Shown one piece after another: positions 27,895-38,723 of a DNA stretch of 50,078 nucleotides (within the stretch, counting starts at the first letter, position 1; each line of letters starts with the position of its first letter). The notes beneath the pieces were generated by a model. The model was not told the origin of the DNA, made no database searches, and saw only the letters and a program-made list of their open reading frames with translations. The stretch spans positions 1 to 50,078 of the forward strand of contig JAFYJP010000022.1 in assembly GCA_017538085.1 (NCBI GenBank), read 5' to 3'. This DNA comes from Bacteroidales bacterium (lineage in GTDB: Bacteria; Bacteroidota; Bacteroidia; Bacteroidales; BM520). Made by a program: the position numbers and the translations under genes.

Positions 27895-28350
27895 TTAGTG
27901 GCTGACTATGACATACCTGCCATCGAAATAAGTGTCATATTGTTTGAGAGGACAGTTGGTAGGCTGCTTGTCATCAATTGGCCATCCTTCACCGCCGTAC
28001 AAAATCAAAAACTGGGCACCGCATTTGTCACACTGCGGTATCAGTATCCACGGCTCCCATGACACTGTCCCGCCCGCAGAAACACAGTCGTTGGGACAGG
28101 CTCTTTCGTATGCCACAAAATCATCATGGGCACCCTCACTTTTCTGACGAAAGACTATTATTCCTTTGTAACCGACCGTTTCATCAAGGATTGAGCCGTT
28201 GACACTCCACAGGTCACGATTTGAAGTCAGATTAAGGTCATACGAGCGTTGGAATGTCACCACCTCCGGAATTTCACCGTAGTCAACCTGTCTGCAGGAT
28301 GACAGCAGCAACACCGCCATAATCACGGAAAATATTTGCAATTTATTCAT
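27895..28350 (-). CDS. Small lipoprotein with a four-Cys (CxxxC...CxxC) metal-site-like motif, possibly a Rieske-like fold
   Basis: 151 aa with lipobox LLLSSC. It contains ERACPNDC...PQCDKCG and a C-terminal YFDGRYVIVSH. Confidence 0.5.
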   Translation of the reverse strand: MNKLQIFSVIMAVLLLSSCRQVDYGEIPEVVTFQRSYDLNLTSNRDLWSVNGSILDETVGYKGIIVFRQKSEGAHDDFVAYERACPNDCVSAGGTVSWEPWILIPQCDKCGAQFLILYGGEGWPIDDKQPTNCPLKQYDTYFDGRYVIVSH

Positions 28351-28394
28351 AATACATTGAAAACCAATGAATCACAATACAACCAATAAATTGC

Positions 28395-29792
<1,398 letters not shown>

Positions 29793-29815
29793 TTATTTTA
29801 CAGTGTTTCAATTAG

Positions 29816-30871
29816 TTAAATAATAAGCATAGCGTCTCCGTATGCAAAGAATTTGTAGCCTTCCTCTACGGCCACTTTATAAGCATGCATGATAAAGTCG
29901 TAGCCACCGAAAGCACATGTCATCATAAGCATTGGGGAACATGGCATCTGGAAATTGGTTATCAGCCTGTTGGCCACGGAGAAATTATGTGGCGGGAAAA
30001 TGAATTTGTTTGTCCAGCCATCGTAAGGTTTCAGAAGTCCTTCTATGGTGCTTGCCGATTCGAGGGATTTCATGACGGAAGTGCCGGCGGCAAAGATATT
30101 ATGCCTGTTATTTTTTGTATTGTTAATCTTTTCAACAACTTCACGTGAGACCCTGAATTCCTCCGAATCTGACTTGTGTTTGGTAAGGTCTTCAACATCA
30201 ATTCTGCGGAAATTGCCGAGACCGCAGTGGAGAGTGACTGTAGCGATGTCAGCCCCTATTATTTCAAGACGTTTGAGGAGTTCACGGGTGAAATGCAGAC
30301 CTGTGAAAGGAGCCACAACGGAGCCTTCACTCTTGGCATAGATAGTCTGATACCAGTCAGCATCCTCAGGTTTTACTTCACGATATTTCAGAAGCAGTTC
30401 GGGAATTGGGGTTTTGCCGAAGCCATAGAGAGTTTTTTTGAATTGGTCATACGGCATGTCAAAAAGGAAACGTATGGTTCTTCCCCTTGAAGTTGTGTTG
30501 TCGATGACCTCTGCCACCAAATCGTCATTTTCACCGAAATACAACTTGTTTCCAATTCTAATTTTACGGGCAGGGTCCACAAGGACGTCCCACAATCTTG
30601 TTTCAGAGTTTAACTCTCTGAGCAGTAACACTTTGATTTTAACTCTTGTTTTTTCCTTTTCTCCTTCCAGCATGGCAGGGAACACCTTGGTGTCATTGAG
30701 TAAGAGCAAATCGCCATCTTCAAAATAATCGACAAGATCCTTAAACAGTTTATGTTCGATTGTCTGTTTTTTTCTGTCTAAGACCATAAGTCGAGCCTCA
30801 TCCCTGTAATAAGTTGGTTCAAGAGCGATAAGGTTTTCGGGTAAATTGAATTTGAATTGTGATAGTTTCAT
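29816..30871 (-). CDS. queA: S-adenosylmethionine:tRNA ribosyltransferase-isomerase
   Basis: 351 aa. [19 protein letters not shown]...; the C-terminus [12 protein letters not shown] is typical of QueA. Confidence 0.9.
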   Translation of the reverse strand: MKLSQFKFNLPENLIALEPTYYRDEARLMVLDRKKQTIEHKLFKDLVDYFEDGDLLLLNDTKVFPAMLEGEKEKTRVKIKVLLLRELNSETRLWDVLVDPARKIRIGNKLYFGENDDLVAEVIDNTTSRGRTIRFLFDMPYDQFKKTLYGFGKTPIPELLLKYREVKPEDADWYQTIYAKSEGSVVAPFTGLHFTRELLKRLEIIGADIATVTLHCGLGNFRRIDVEDLTKHKSDSEEFRVSREVVEKINNTKNNRHNIFAAGTSVMKSLESASTIEGLLKPYDGWTNKFIFPPHNFSVANRLITNFQMPCSPMLMMTCAFGGYDFIMHAYKVAVEEGYKFFAYGDAMLII

Positions 30872-30944
30872 ATATGTATGTTGTTGACCAGTAATCTTTT
30901 AACTCTGAAAAACATTCGAAAAAATTGTGCCCAAAAATGGGCTG

Positions 30945-30952
30945 CAAAGATA
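30945..30952 (-). promoter_or_regulatory. -7 box candidate (TATCTTTG on the minus strand) upstream of queA
   Basis: Plus-strand CAAAGATA lies 74 nt upstream of the ATG at 30871. Confidence 0.35.
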
Positions 30953-30971
30953 ATACAAATCTTGTGGTTTG

Positions 30972-31682
30972 TCAAGAATTATTTTTTGAATTCAGAATTT
31001 CGTCAAATTCAAACACATCATACGCATCCTCAACACGGAACTTTCCTATTGCGGTACGACGGAGTTCCTCAAGGTATGCACCGCAGCCAAGCTTCTGTCC
31101 GAAGTCACGGGCAAGGGAGCGAATGTATGTGCCCTTACTGCAGAGGATTCGGAAATTCACGTCAGGCAAGTTGATTCCGGTTATTTCAAACTCATTGATT
31201 CTGATTTTGCGGGGCTGCATTCTTTTTTCAATTTCAGCATCATTGCTGCGGGCAAACTTATAGGCACGCACCCCTTCTATCTTAATGGCTGAAAATACAG
31301 GCGGGACCTGCATCTGTTCACCCACAAATTCAGAAGCAGTTTTGATTATGTCATCGGACGTCACATGGGAATAATCGAACACATTGTCAATTTCCGACTC
31401 CTTGTCAAAAGAGGGACGGGTTGCACCGAGAGTGAAAGTCCCTGTATATTCCTTGTCTTCGCCCTGCACTTCTTCAATGCGCTTGGTATAAGCTCCAGTA
31501 CAAACTATGACAAGACCGGTTGCAAGCGGATCAAGTGTACCGGCATGACCCACCTTTATCTTTTTGTGACAATAATGCTTTATGGAAATACGCACTTTGT
31601 TAACCACATCAAAGGACGACCAATGGTATGGCTTGTCGAAGAGCAGGATTTCACCTCTCTCGAAATCAGGATTGTCAGTCAT
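30972..31682 (-). CDS. truB: tRNA pseudouridine(55) synthase
   Basis: It has the GHAGTLDPLATGLV catalytic motif. I prefer the ATG at 31682 (236 aa), 1 nt after the uppP stop, over the TTG at 31706 used by the track. Confidence 0.9.
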   Translation of the reverse strand: MTDNPDFERGEILLFDKPYHWSSFDVVNKVRISIKHYCHKKIKVGHAGTLDPLATGLVIVCTGAYTKRIEEVQGEDKEYTGTFTLGATRPSFDKESEIDNVFDYSHVTSDDIIKTASEFVGEQMQVPPVFSAIKIEGVRAYKFARSNDAEIEKRMQPRKIRINEFEITGINLPDVNFRILCSKGTYIRSLARDFGQKLGCGAYLEELRRTAIGKFRVEDAYDVFEFDEILNSKNNS

Positions 31683-31683
31683 G

Positions 31684-32472
31684 TTATAATCCACAGATAA
31701 TTGCAATTACGCCAATTACAACGCAATATACGGCGAACCATATCAATTTGCCTTTCGCAACGATTCTTATCATCCATTTGCAGGCAAACAATCCAGACAA
31801 GAAAGCGGTGAGAAAGCCAACCAGCAAAGGGATAGCGCCAATCGAACCTGCAGCTGTGGCTATATCTCCCCCAACCAAATCGAGAAACATTTCACCGAGA
31901 ACGGGAATTATAACCATGAGGAATGAAAATTTTGCAAGACACGACGGCTTGTTGCCTATCATCATGCCTGTAGCGATGGTGGTGCCTGAACGTGAAAGAC
32001 CCGGCATCACGGCAACTGCCTGCCCCACGCCTATAATCAGAGCGTCAAGCCAGTTGATTTCCCTATCCCCTTTCTTCACGAAATAACTGACTGTAAGAAA
32101 TGCAGCCGTGACAAGAAGCATACATCCCACGAGAATTATTCTTCCGTTAAACAGGTCATCCACATAATCCTTAAACAGAAAGCCGACTATTACAACAGGT
32201 ATTGCCGAAAGCAACAGCTTCCAAACAAAAGACTTGTCGTCATTTTTACCTTTTGAAAAAAAACCGACGAACAGTTTGCCTATTTCCTTTCTGAAGACGA
32301 CAATGGTACTCAAAACCGTAGCAATATGGACAACCACGGTAAAAAGGAGATTCTCTGAAATCTCAACATTAAATAGAGCCTTTCCCAACTCGAGATGACC
32401 GGAACTGCTGACCGGCAAAAATTCTGTCAACCCTTGAATAAGCCCCAATAACAAAGCCTGCCACCAATTCAT
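31684..32472 (-). CDS. uppP: Undecaprenyl-diphosphate phosphatase
   Basis: 262 aa with GLTEFLPVSSSGHL. Confidence 0.9.
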   Translation of the reverse strand: MNWWQALLLGLIQGLTEFLPVSSSGHLELGKALFNVEISENLLFTVVVHIATVLSTIVVFRKEIGKLFVGFFSKGKNDDKSFVWKLLLSAIPVVIVGFLFKDYVDDLFNGRIILVGCMLLVTAAFLTVSYFVKKGDREINWLDALIIGVGQAVAVMPGLSRSGTTIATGMMIGNKPSCLAKFSFLMVIIPVLGEMFLDLVGGDIATAAGSIGAIPLLVGFLTAFLSGLFACKWMIRIVAKGKLIWFAVYCVVIGVIAIICGL

Positions 32473-32720
32473 TGCTCTTTATTTTTCGATTTGTAAAAAA
32501 TAGCGAATATTTCAAAGACAATACCGACCAATATACATAAAGGCGAAAGTGTGAGTCTTCTGAAGTCAAACATCTTTTCGTTGAACACTTCAGGGTTGTC
32601 CGAGCCGCCACCCGTCATAAGGATATAGCCTATCAACATGAGGGCCAGGCCTATAAAAAAGAGTATATAGTTTTTCTTGCCGAAAACAAAATCAGGTTTA
32701 CTTAATTTGTTGTCTTTCAT
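32469..32720 (-). CDS. DUF3098-like small two-TM membrane protein
   Basis: 83 aa with FGKKNYILFFIGLALMLIGYILM. It lies between ftsX and uppP and overlaps uppP by 4 nt. Confidence 0.6.
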   Translation of the reverse strand: MKDNKLSKPDFVFGKKNYILFFIGLALMLIGYILMTGGGSDNPEVFNEKMFDFRRLTLSPLCILVGIVFEIFAIFYKSKNKEQ

Positions 32721-32721
32721 A

Positions 32722-33606
32722 TTAATACAATATTTTTTTCCTAATATCCAAATACTTGTTTATAGCGAAAACAGAAGTGAAGAGCGTGATAACCAGTCCG
32801 AAAACATAAAGTATCACAACTATACCGATGATGTCTTTCATGCGTAGCAGAATTTCGAAGTCGGAATACATGAACTTAATCATTATTAATAGAGTCAGCA
32901 TCAGTGCTATCACTGCGAACGTTGCGCCAAGTACCGCCTGATAAAGGCTTTTTCTTACGTATGGCATTCTGATGAAACTTGTCGTGGCTCCTATGGTCTG
33001 CATAGTTTTGATTATGTTTCTGTTGGCATACACAGTCAGTTTCATAGTACTATGTATGATTACTATTACAATCAGAACCATGACAAGAACAAAACCGAAA
33101 AGAATGGAGCTTGTGCTTTTCCGGGAATTGTTAAGTCTTCGGATAATCTGTTCCTGAGTGGAGACAGACTTGACATATTTCTGGCTGCCGAGATACGATT
33201 CAATCATTTTCAGACTGTCGGGATTTGCATACTCCGAATGCACTTTCAGCTCGAAACTTGTAGGCAGTGGATTATAACCGATAAAACCCACGAAATCCTC
33301 GTCAAGTCTTTCTGCAAGGTCTTTTGCAGCCTCATCATTAGTAGTGAGAATCACCTGTTTAGTAAAAGGTTTGAGATATAGCTGTCGTATGTTGAATCTC
33401 AGTTCATCCTCATCATACAAATCCTTGACAATGACTTCAATACCGATATTTTCCTTCACGTTATTAAGCAACGAGTTGGTATTGGCGATAAAAACAAGCA
33501 GCAGACCGAGAAGATACAGCATTACGCTGATACTTATTATCACTCCCCTATAAGAAGATACAAGCCGGCGATGTGTGAATTTTTCCTCCTGATTCATAAT
33601 CTGCAA
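32722..33606 (-). CDS. ftsX: FtsX-like permease (cell-division ABC transporter permease family)
   Basis: 294 aa with one N-terminal TM helix, a periplasmic loop and three C-terminal TM helices. No ftsE is adjacent. Confidence 0.7.
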   Translation of the reverse strand: MQIMNQEEKFTHRRLVSSYRGVIISISVMLYLLGLLLVFIANTNSLLNNVKENIGIEVIVKDLYDEDELRFNIRQLYLKPFTKQVILTTNDEAAKDLAERLDEDFVGFIGYNPLPTSFELKVHSEYANPDSLKMIESYLGSQKYVKSVSTQEQIIRRLNNSRKSTSSILFGFVLVMVLIVIVIIHSTMKLTVYANRNIIKTMQTIGATTSFIRMPYVRKSLYQAVLGATFAVIALMLTLLIMIKFMYSDFEILLRMKDIIGIVVILYVFGLVITLFTSVFAINKYLDIRKKILY

Positions 33607-33617
33607 AAATAATTATT

Positions 33618-35144
33618 TTATTTGACCCAAAAAGATTTATTGAAAATTATTAGGATGATAAACAATTCGAGACGTCCCAAGAACTGCAAAATCACGGAAA
33701 TCCATTTGCCGATGGCTGGCAGGAAAGAGAATGTGCTGTCGGGTCCGACTGCACCGATGCCAGGTCCGACGTTGGCAAGGGAAGCAATTGAAATACCTAT
33801 AGAGGTCTCAAAATCCATTCCCATCATTGCAAAGGCAAGAGCTCCGGCAATGAACAAAAGGATAAAGAGGATAAAAAATGCATGGATACTGTATATAGTA
33901 CTTTGAGGGACCGCTTCCTTGTTGTATTTGACCGGCATTACAGCCTGTGGATGAATCTGGCGTTTCATTTCAGTAAAAGAGTTCTTCACAAGAACGATAT
34001 AACGCACTATTTTGACACCGCCTGCCGTGGAGCCGGAACAGCCTCCGATAAAATACAACAGAAACAGGACGAACCATATATGTGAAGGCCACAAAAGATA
34101 ATTGACCGAACTGAAACCGGTTGTGGTCAGAGTACATACCACCTCCATTAATGAATCCCTGAAGACCTTTGACGCCGGGTCACCACTATTGTATTGCGAC
34201 AACATCAAGGAGACAAAGATATAGAGTGTTGACACTGCAATAATAATCAGAAACGCTTTGCTTTCTTCGGAGACAAGATTCTTCTTTTTGAATTTGAACG
34301 ACAAAATGAAGTACAGGGAGTTGAAACTCATAGAAGAGATTATCATAAAGAAAATAATCACATACTGCATTGCAGGGGTAAATAACATCACGCTTGTATT
34401 AAACGTGGAAAAACCGCAGGTGGATATGGTTGTGAATGAATGCGCAATGGCATCGTAAGGTGACAATCCACACAAATACAGGGAAAAGGCGCATAAAACG
34501 GTCAAAGCGAAATAGACCGCAAACAAGCCTCTTGCAGTTTCCTTGAGACGCGGATGGGTTTTTAAGACACCTGTAGATTCAGCTGTATAAAGCATAAAGC
34601 TGCTAATACCAAGAGAAGGAATCATGGCAACAAACATGATGATAATTATGATTCCCATACCGCCAAACCATGAAATCACGCTTCGCCAGAAAACAACACC
34701 GCGGGAAATGGATTCCACATCATCGATGACAGATGCGCCGGTAGAGGTAAACCCCGACATGGATTCAAAGAAGGCATCGGTGAAATCGGGAGTCACGCCA
34801 CTAAACAAGAACGGAAGGCAACCGCCTAATGTTATCGTCAACCATCCCACTACAATAATCAGAATACCTTCGCGTTTTCCAAGAGACCTGACCTTTTCAT
34901 TAGAGAAAACAAACGGGATTATTCCAACCGCAATGGCAATCATTGCAGAGATGAACAATGCGGTGAAACCATATTGAGGATTATATAGTTGTGACAAATC
35001 AAGTGCCCGGTCATCGTATATTGCACAGACTATCATAGTCAAAAGCATAAAAGCACCTTCCAAAAGCAAAAGAGCACCTTGCACCTTGAAAATCGAAATC
35101 CAATTCAGCCTCCTCAGGTTATTTCTCTTAAAAAATATCGCCAT
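33618..35144 (-). CDS. trkH: TrkH/KtrB-family potassium transporter membrane subunit
   Basis: 508 aa and polytopic, with repeated pore-loop-like segments (SGFTSTGAS, TISTCGFST, TLTTTGFSS, LANVGPG). Confidence 0.8.
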   Translation of the reverse strand: MAIFFKRNNLRRLNWISIFKVQGALLLLEGAFMLLTMIVCAIYDDRALDLSQLYNPQYGFTALFISAMIAIAVGIIPFVFSNEKVRSLGKREGILIIVVGWLTITLGGCLPFLFSGVTPDFTDAFFESMSGFTSTGASVIDDVESISRGVVFWRSVISWFGGMGIIIIIMFVAMIPSLGISSFMLYTAESTGVLKTHPRLKETARGLFAVYFALTVLCAFSLYLCGLSPYDAIAHSFTTISTCGFSTFNTSVMLFTPAMQYVIIFFMIISSMSFNSLYFILSFKFKKKNLVSEESKAFLIIIAVSTLYIFVSLMLSQYNSGDPASKVFRDSLMEVVCTLTTTGFSSVNYLLWPSHIWFVLFLLYFIGGCSGSTAGGVKIVRYIVLVKNSFTEMKRQIHPQAVMPVKYNKEAVPQSTIYSIHAFFILFILLFIAGALAFAMMGMDFETSIGISIASLANVGPGIGAVGPDSTFSFLPAIGKWISVILQFLGRLELFIILIIFNKSFWVK

Positions 35145-35172
35145 AATGTTTCCTATACATAAATTTAAACTG

Positions 35173-35180
35173 CAAACATA
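35173..35180 (-). promoter_or_regulatory. -7 box candidate (TATGTTTG on the minus strand) for trkH
   Basis: Plus-strand CAAACATA lies 29 nt upstream of the ATG at 35144. Confidence 0.35.
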
Positions 35181-35223
35181 TTACTAATTTTTCAAATAAG
35201 GTTAATTATTACCCAAAAAATAG

Positions 35224-35231
35224 TACTTTTG
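35224..35231 (+). promoter_or_regulatory. -7 box candidate (TACTTTTG) for folB and the PorZ-like gene
   Basis: An exact TAnnTTTG lies 31 nt upstream of the ATG at 35262. It overlaps the TTG start used by the ORF track, which argues for the later ATG. Confidence 0.45.
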
Positions 35232-35261
35232 CAGAATATATTAAGAAATACTGACGTCTCA

Positions 35262-35627
35262 ATGAGCAGAAATTCAATAGCATTACGCGACATAAAACTA
35301 TGGGGATACCACGGCTGTCTGCCGGAGGAAAGGAAAGTCGGGACTGAATATTCCATCGATTTCGTCATGAAATTCGACACATCAGAAAGCGAAATCAGTG
35401 ACGACATCACCGACACCATTGACTATTCCAAAGTCCATGCGCTAATAGTCAGGGTATTTTCGGAGCCGGTGAACCTGATGGAACACCTCGCAAGAAAAAT
35501 AATGGATGCCGTTGTAAATGATTTCCCTGCAATAAAGGAGGCATCAATAACCATAAGGAAATATAATCCGCCGATGAAACAATTCAACGGCAATGTTGAA
35601 ATAACTCTCTATTATTCACAGAACTAA
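35262..35627 (+). CDS. folB: Dihydroneopterin aldolase
   Basis: IALRDIKLWGYHGCLPEERKVGTEYSIDF. It is 121 aa from the ATG at 35262. Confidence 0.8.
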   Translation: MSRNSIALRDIKLWGYHGCLPEERKVGTEYSIDFVMKFDTSESEISDDITDTIDYSKVHALIVRVFSEPVNLMEHLARKIMDAVVNDFPAIKEASITIRKYNPPMKQFNGNVEITLYYSQN

Positions 35628-35638
35628 ATAAGCCGGCT

Positions 35639-37975
35639 ATGAAAAAAATATTAATAACCCTGTCATTTATAACAGTATTTTTTGCAGCCACCGCACAGGA
35701 GACAGTAAGTATAGGCAACTGGCGCGGTCATTTCCCATACAATGCAATGACTTCAGTGGCGTCCGACTACAACGGAAACGTATATGCAGCATCGAAATTC
35801 AGCCTATTTTCCTACAACAAGGCCACAGGACTGATAGATATCTATTCCAAAATAAACTACCTGTCCGACATTGGCATCACATGTATCAGGTACAGCAACA
35901 AGTACAACACACTGCTGATAGCTTATTCCAATGCCAATCTGGATTTGCTGGTTGACGGGAAAATATACAACATGAATGACATTTACAGGAGCAACATCGT
36001 AGGCAACAAGACCATCAACAAAATATTTGTCAAAGACAGATACGCTTATTTGAGTTGCGGTTTCGGAATTGTGGTCATCGACCTCCTGAAGCGTGAAGTT
36101 GCAGACACATACTATATCGGCAGCAACGGCACATACGTCAACGTGCTTGATTTTGCGTACATGGATAACATTCAATCTTTTATAGCTGCAACAGACAATG
36201 GTCTGTATATTGCAAATGCCGATGACAATCTGTCGAATTTTGTAAACTGGCATAAAATTGAGGATATGCCTCATGCCACTTCGGTATTCAATGAAGTTGA
36301 ATATTTCTATTCGAATCTGATAGCCAATGTCAGGTCCACCACTTTCAACAGCGACACCCTACTCGTTTTCAATGGCAGCAACTGGAGATATTTCAGCGAA
36401 AACCTACAGTTTGATGCCGTCAATGACATATCGGTTTCAGAAGACACTCTGGTAATCACATGTTTGTATGACATCAAGACTTACAACAGCAATTTGGAAT
36501 ATATCGAAAACTATTGGCAATATTGGGATGAAAACGGAGCTCCCAATCCAGTTGAGACAGTTAAGGACGGAAAATCCCTATGGGTTGCCGACAGCCGTTT
36601 CGGACTTGTGGAATGCACCGACCCATGGAAAGGCTTTAGCATAAAACCGTCAGGACCTGAAGTTTCGCAGGCCTTCAATCTTATAAAGGAAGGCAAGAAG
36701 ATGTATGCTGTTCCGGGAGGTTACAACCTGTCATGGGTTCCTTTGTATAGTAATGCAAAATACAGCGTTTTCGAGGATTATGACTGGAAAACATTCTCCT
36801 CGGCTGACATTCCGGATTTCGCAGACTTTTCCGACTTTACAGATGTGGCTGTAGATCCACGCAATTCCGACAGGGTATTCATAGCATCATATTTTCACGG
36901 ACTTATCGAAATCAACAACGGTGAAGTCGTCAATGTTTACAACGGAAGCAACAGTCCTATGCTTGCACCTACAGGATATACCGATGAATATGTCCGCTGC
37001 GGGGGAATTGTTTTCGATGATGACAACAATTTGTGGGTCACTCATTCTATCGGTTCGGGAATCCTCAATGTGCTTTTGGCTGATGGCACATGGGCAAACG
37101 CTTCAAACGGAGGGCTTTTCCCAAATGTCAACAACGCAGATGTTTCATCGATAGTCATTGACCATTACGGAAGCAAATGGATTAAGACAAGGAGTTATGC
37201 TTCAATCTACGTCATGAATGATGGCGGCACTCCAAAAAATCCGAGTGACGACAAATATAAGATTCTCACCAACGCTGTAGGAAATGGTGCTCTGAGCGGC
37301 CAGATTTCATCCATCGCCGTTGACTACGACGGTGAAGTATGGATAGGTTCCGACCTTGGACTAAAAGTCATATACAACCCTAGAAACATCTTCGAAGGCG
37401 GCAGTTTTGATGCACAGGAAATACTGGTGGAATATGATGGGACTATACGCCCGTTGCTTGAAAGTGAGAGTGTTACAGCCATAGCTGTCGATTTCGGCAA
37501 CAACAAATGGATAGGCACTGCATCATCGGGTGTTTATTATATCAGCGGCAACGGAACCACCCAGTACAACCACTTCACAAAGGAAAATTCATGTCTGCTG
37601 TCAAACAATATCACCGCAATAAGCGTAAACTACGATGGTGAAGTGTTCATCAGCACATCCAACGGTATCTGTTCTTATAAAGGTGAATCTTCCGAGCCAT
37701 CGGATGACAACAGCGGAATCTACGCCTTCCCTAATCCTGTAAGACCTGAATATACAGGTAATATAGGGGTTACGGGACTTGTTGAGGATGCATTCGTTAA
37801 AATCGTGGATATGGCAGGAAGAGTTGTCTATTCACAGCAGTCCAATGGTGGAATGATAACCTGGGACGGCAATCTTCCTAACGGAAACAGAGCCTCATCG
37901 GGTGTCTATATCGTATTTGCTACCAATAGCAGCGGAAAGGAACGTGCAGTGACGAAAATACTTTTCATCAAATAA
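35639..37975 (+). CDS. porZ: PorZ-like T9SS component: two-propeller protein with a T9SS C-terminal domain
   Basis: 778 aa (P. gingivalis PorZ is about 776 aa as recalled). It has a signal peptide, propeller-repeat-like segments (..WIGT.SGVYY.., ..VWIGSDLGLKV..) and the CTD IYAFPNPVRPE...VKIVDMAGRVVY...GVYIVFAT. Confidence 0.6.
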   Translation: MKKILITLSFITVFFAATAQETVSIGNWRGHFPYNAMTSVASDYNGNVYAASKFSLFSYNKATGLIDIYSKINYLSDIGITCIRYSNKYNTLLIAYSNANLDLLVDGKIYNMNDIYRSNIVGNKTINKIFVKDRYAYLSCGFGIVVIDLLKREVADTYYIGSNGTYVNVLDFAYMDNIQSFIAATDNGLYIANADDNLSNFVNWHKIEDMPHATSVFNEVEYFYSNLIANVRSTTFNSDTLLVFNGSNWRYFSENLQFDAVNDISVSEDTLVITCLYDIKTYNSNLEYIENYWQYWDENGAPNPVETVKDGKSLWVADSRFGLVECTDPWKGFSIKPSGPEVSQAFNLIKEGKKMYAVPGGYNLSWVPLYSNAKYSVFEDYDWKTFSSADIPDFADFSDFTDVAVDPRNSDRVFIASYFHGLIEINNGEVVNVYNGSNSPMLAPTGYTDEYVRCGGIVFDDDNNLWVTHSIGSGILNVLLADGTWANASNGGLFPNVNNADVSSIVIDHYGSKWIKTRSYASIYVMNDGGTPKNPSDDKYKILTNAVGNGALSGQISSIAVDYDGEVWIGSDLGLKVIYNPRNIFEGGSFDAQEILVEYDGTIRPLLESESVTAIAVDFGNNKWIGTASSGVYYISGNGTTQYNHFTKENSCLLSNNITAISVNYDGEVFISTSNGICSYKGESSEPSDDNSGIYAFPNPVRPEYTGNIGVTGLVEDAFVKIVDMAGRVVYSQQSNGGMITWDGNLPNGNRASSGVYIVFATNSSGKERAVTKILFIK

Positions 37976-38713
37976 ATGGAAGCTGTTAAAACACAGGGGA
38001 TTGTATTAAAAAGTATTCCGTATTCGGATAACAGCAGCATCGTAAGAATATACACACGTGAATTGGGGCTGATTTCATGCCTTGTCCGAGGCATAACCCG
38101 CAAAAATTCAAAAGTCAACAAGTATTCTCTGCAGAATCTCGCCATAGTGGAAATGGTGACTGGCCGTAACAAGTTTTCCGACTTATTCCATATCAGCGAA
38201 GTCAATCCTATATACAATTACACCACCATAAACAGCTATCCCGCCATAATGACGAAAAACTGCATCTTTATGTTTGTCAATGAGTTTCTAAGCAAGTGCA
38301 TCAAAGAAGGCGAACATTCCAAAGAACTGTTCGACTACATAATGCAATCGCTGATAACGCTCGATTCCGAAGTGCATACATCATCCGACTATCACATAAT
38401 TTTTCTTACACATATAGCAGGATACTTAGGAATAAACTTTCCGGAACCAACCACCGACACTTACTGTTTTTACGACATACAAAACAACATCTGGTGCCAG
38501 ACACTGCCTTCGCATTCCAATTATATACCAGCAGAATATGTAAGTTATATTTTAAACGCCAAAAGGCTGAATGTCAACGAAAAACTCGATTTTTCCCGTA
38601 ATGGTTCGCAACGCAGGGCTATAACCGAGTATATCATCAGATTTTTTCAGTACCATATTCCTGAAATTGGAAAAATCCAATCGTTAGAGATATTGTCGAT
38701 GATTCTGAACTGA
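37976..38713 (+). CDS. recO: DNA repair protein RecO
   Basis: 245 aa. TQGIVLKSIPYSDNSSIVRIYTRELG is the N-terminal OB-fold signature. The ATG directly abuts the stop of the PorZ-like gene (TAAATG). Confidence 0.8.
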   Translation: MEAVKTQGIVLKSIPYSDNSSIVRIYTRELGLISCLVRGITRKNSKVNKYSLQNLAIVEMVTGRNKFSDLFHISEVNPIYNYTTINSYPAIMTKNCIFMFVNEFLSKCIKEGEHSKELFDYIMQSLITLDSEVHTSSDYHIIFLTHIAGYLGINFPEPTTDTYCFYDIQNNIWCQTLPSHSNYIPAEYVSYILNAKRLNVNEKLDFSRNGSQRRAITEYIIRFFQYHIPEIGKIQSLEILSMILN

Positions 38714-38723
38714 ACATTTTAAA

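Noticed and set aside
27787-28062. 91-aa plus-strand ORF starting in the AT-rich spacer
   Set aside because: It begins inside the terminator region and runs antisense into the lipoprotein gene. The N-terminus is low-complexity and K/N-rich.
29793-29815. SAH riboswitch upstream of ahcY
   Set aside because: Only 23 nt separate the queA stop from the ahcY start, which is too short for any riboswitch. ahcY is probably co-transcribed with queA.
30929-30942. Small GC hairpin (gccca-aaaa-tgggc) between truB and queA, as a terminator or preQ1 riboswitch
   Set aside because: The stem is only 5 bp. It lies downstream of the only -7 box match, so the terminator and promoter roles conflict. The sequence does not fit the preQ1-I consensus as I remember it.
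33618-35144. Orphan trkH without an adjacent trkA, as an anomaly
   Set aside because: Unlinked trkA/trkH genes are common, and the partner may lie outside the window. This is not evidence of anything unusual.
35192-35419. 75-aa minus-strand ORF, and the TTG start at 35229 for folB
   Set aside because: The minus-strand ORF overlaps the folB coding frame and the divergent promoter region. The TTG start overlaps the TACTTTTG -7 box, so the ATG at 35262 (a typical 121-aa FolB) is preferred.
37906-38217. 103-aa minus-strand ORF across the porZ/recO junction
   Set aside because: It overlaps two well-supported plus-strand genes and has no motifs or promoter.
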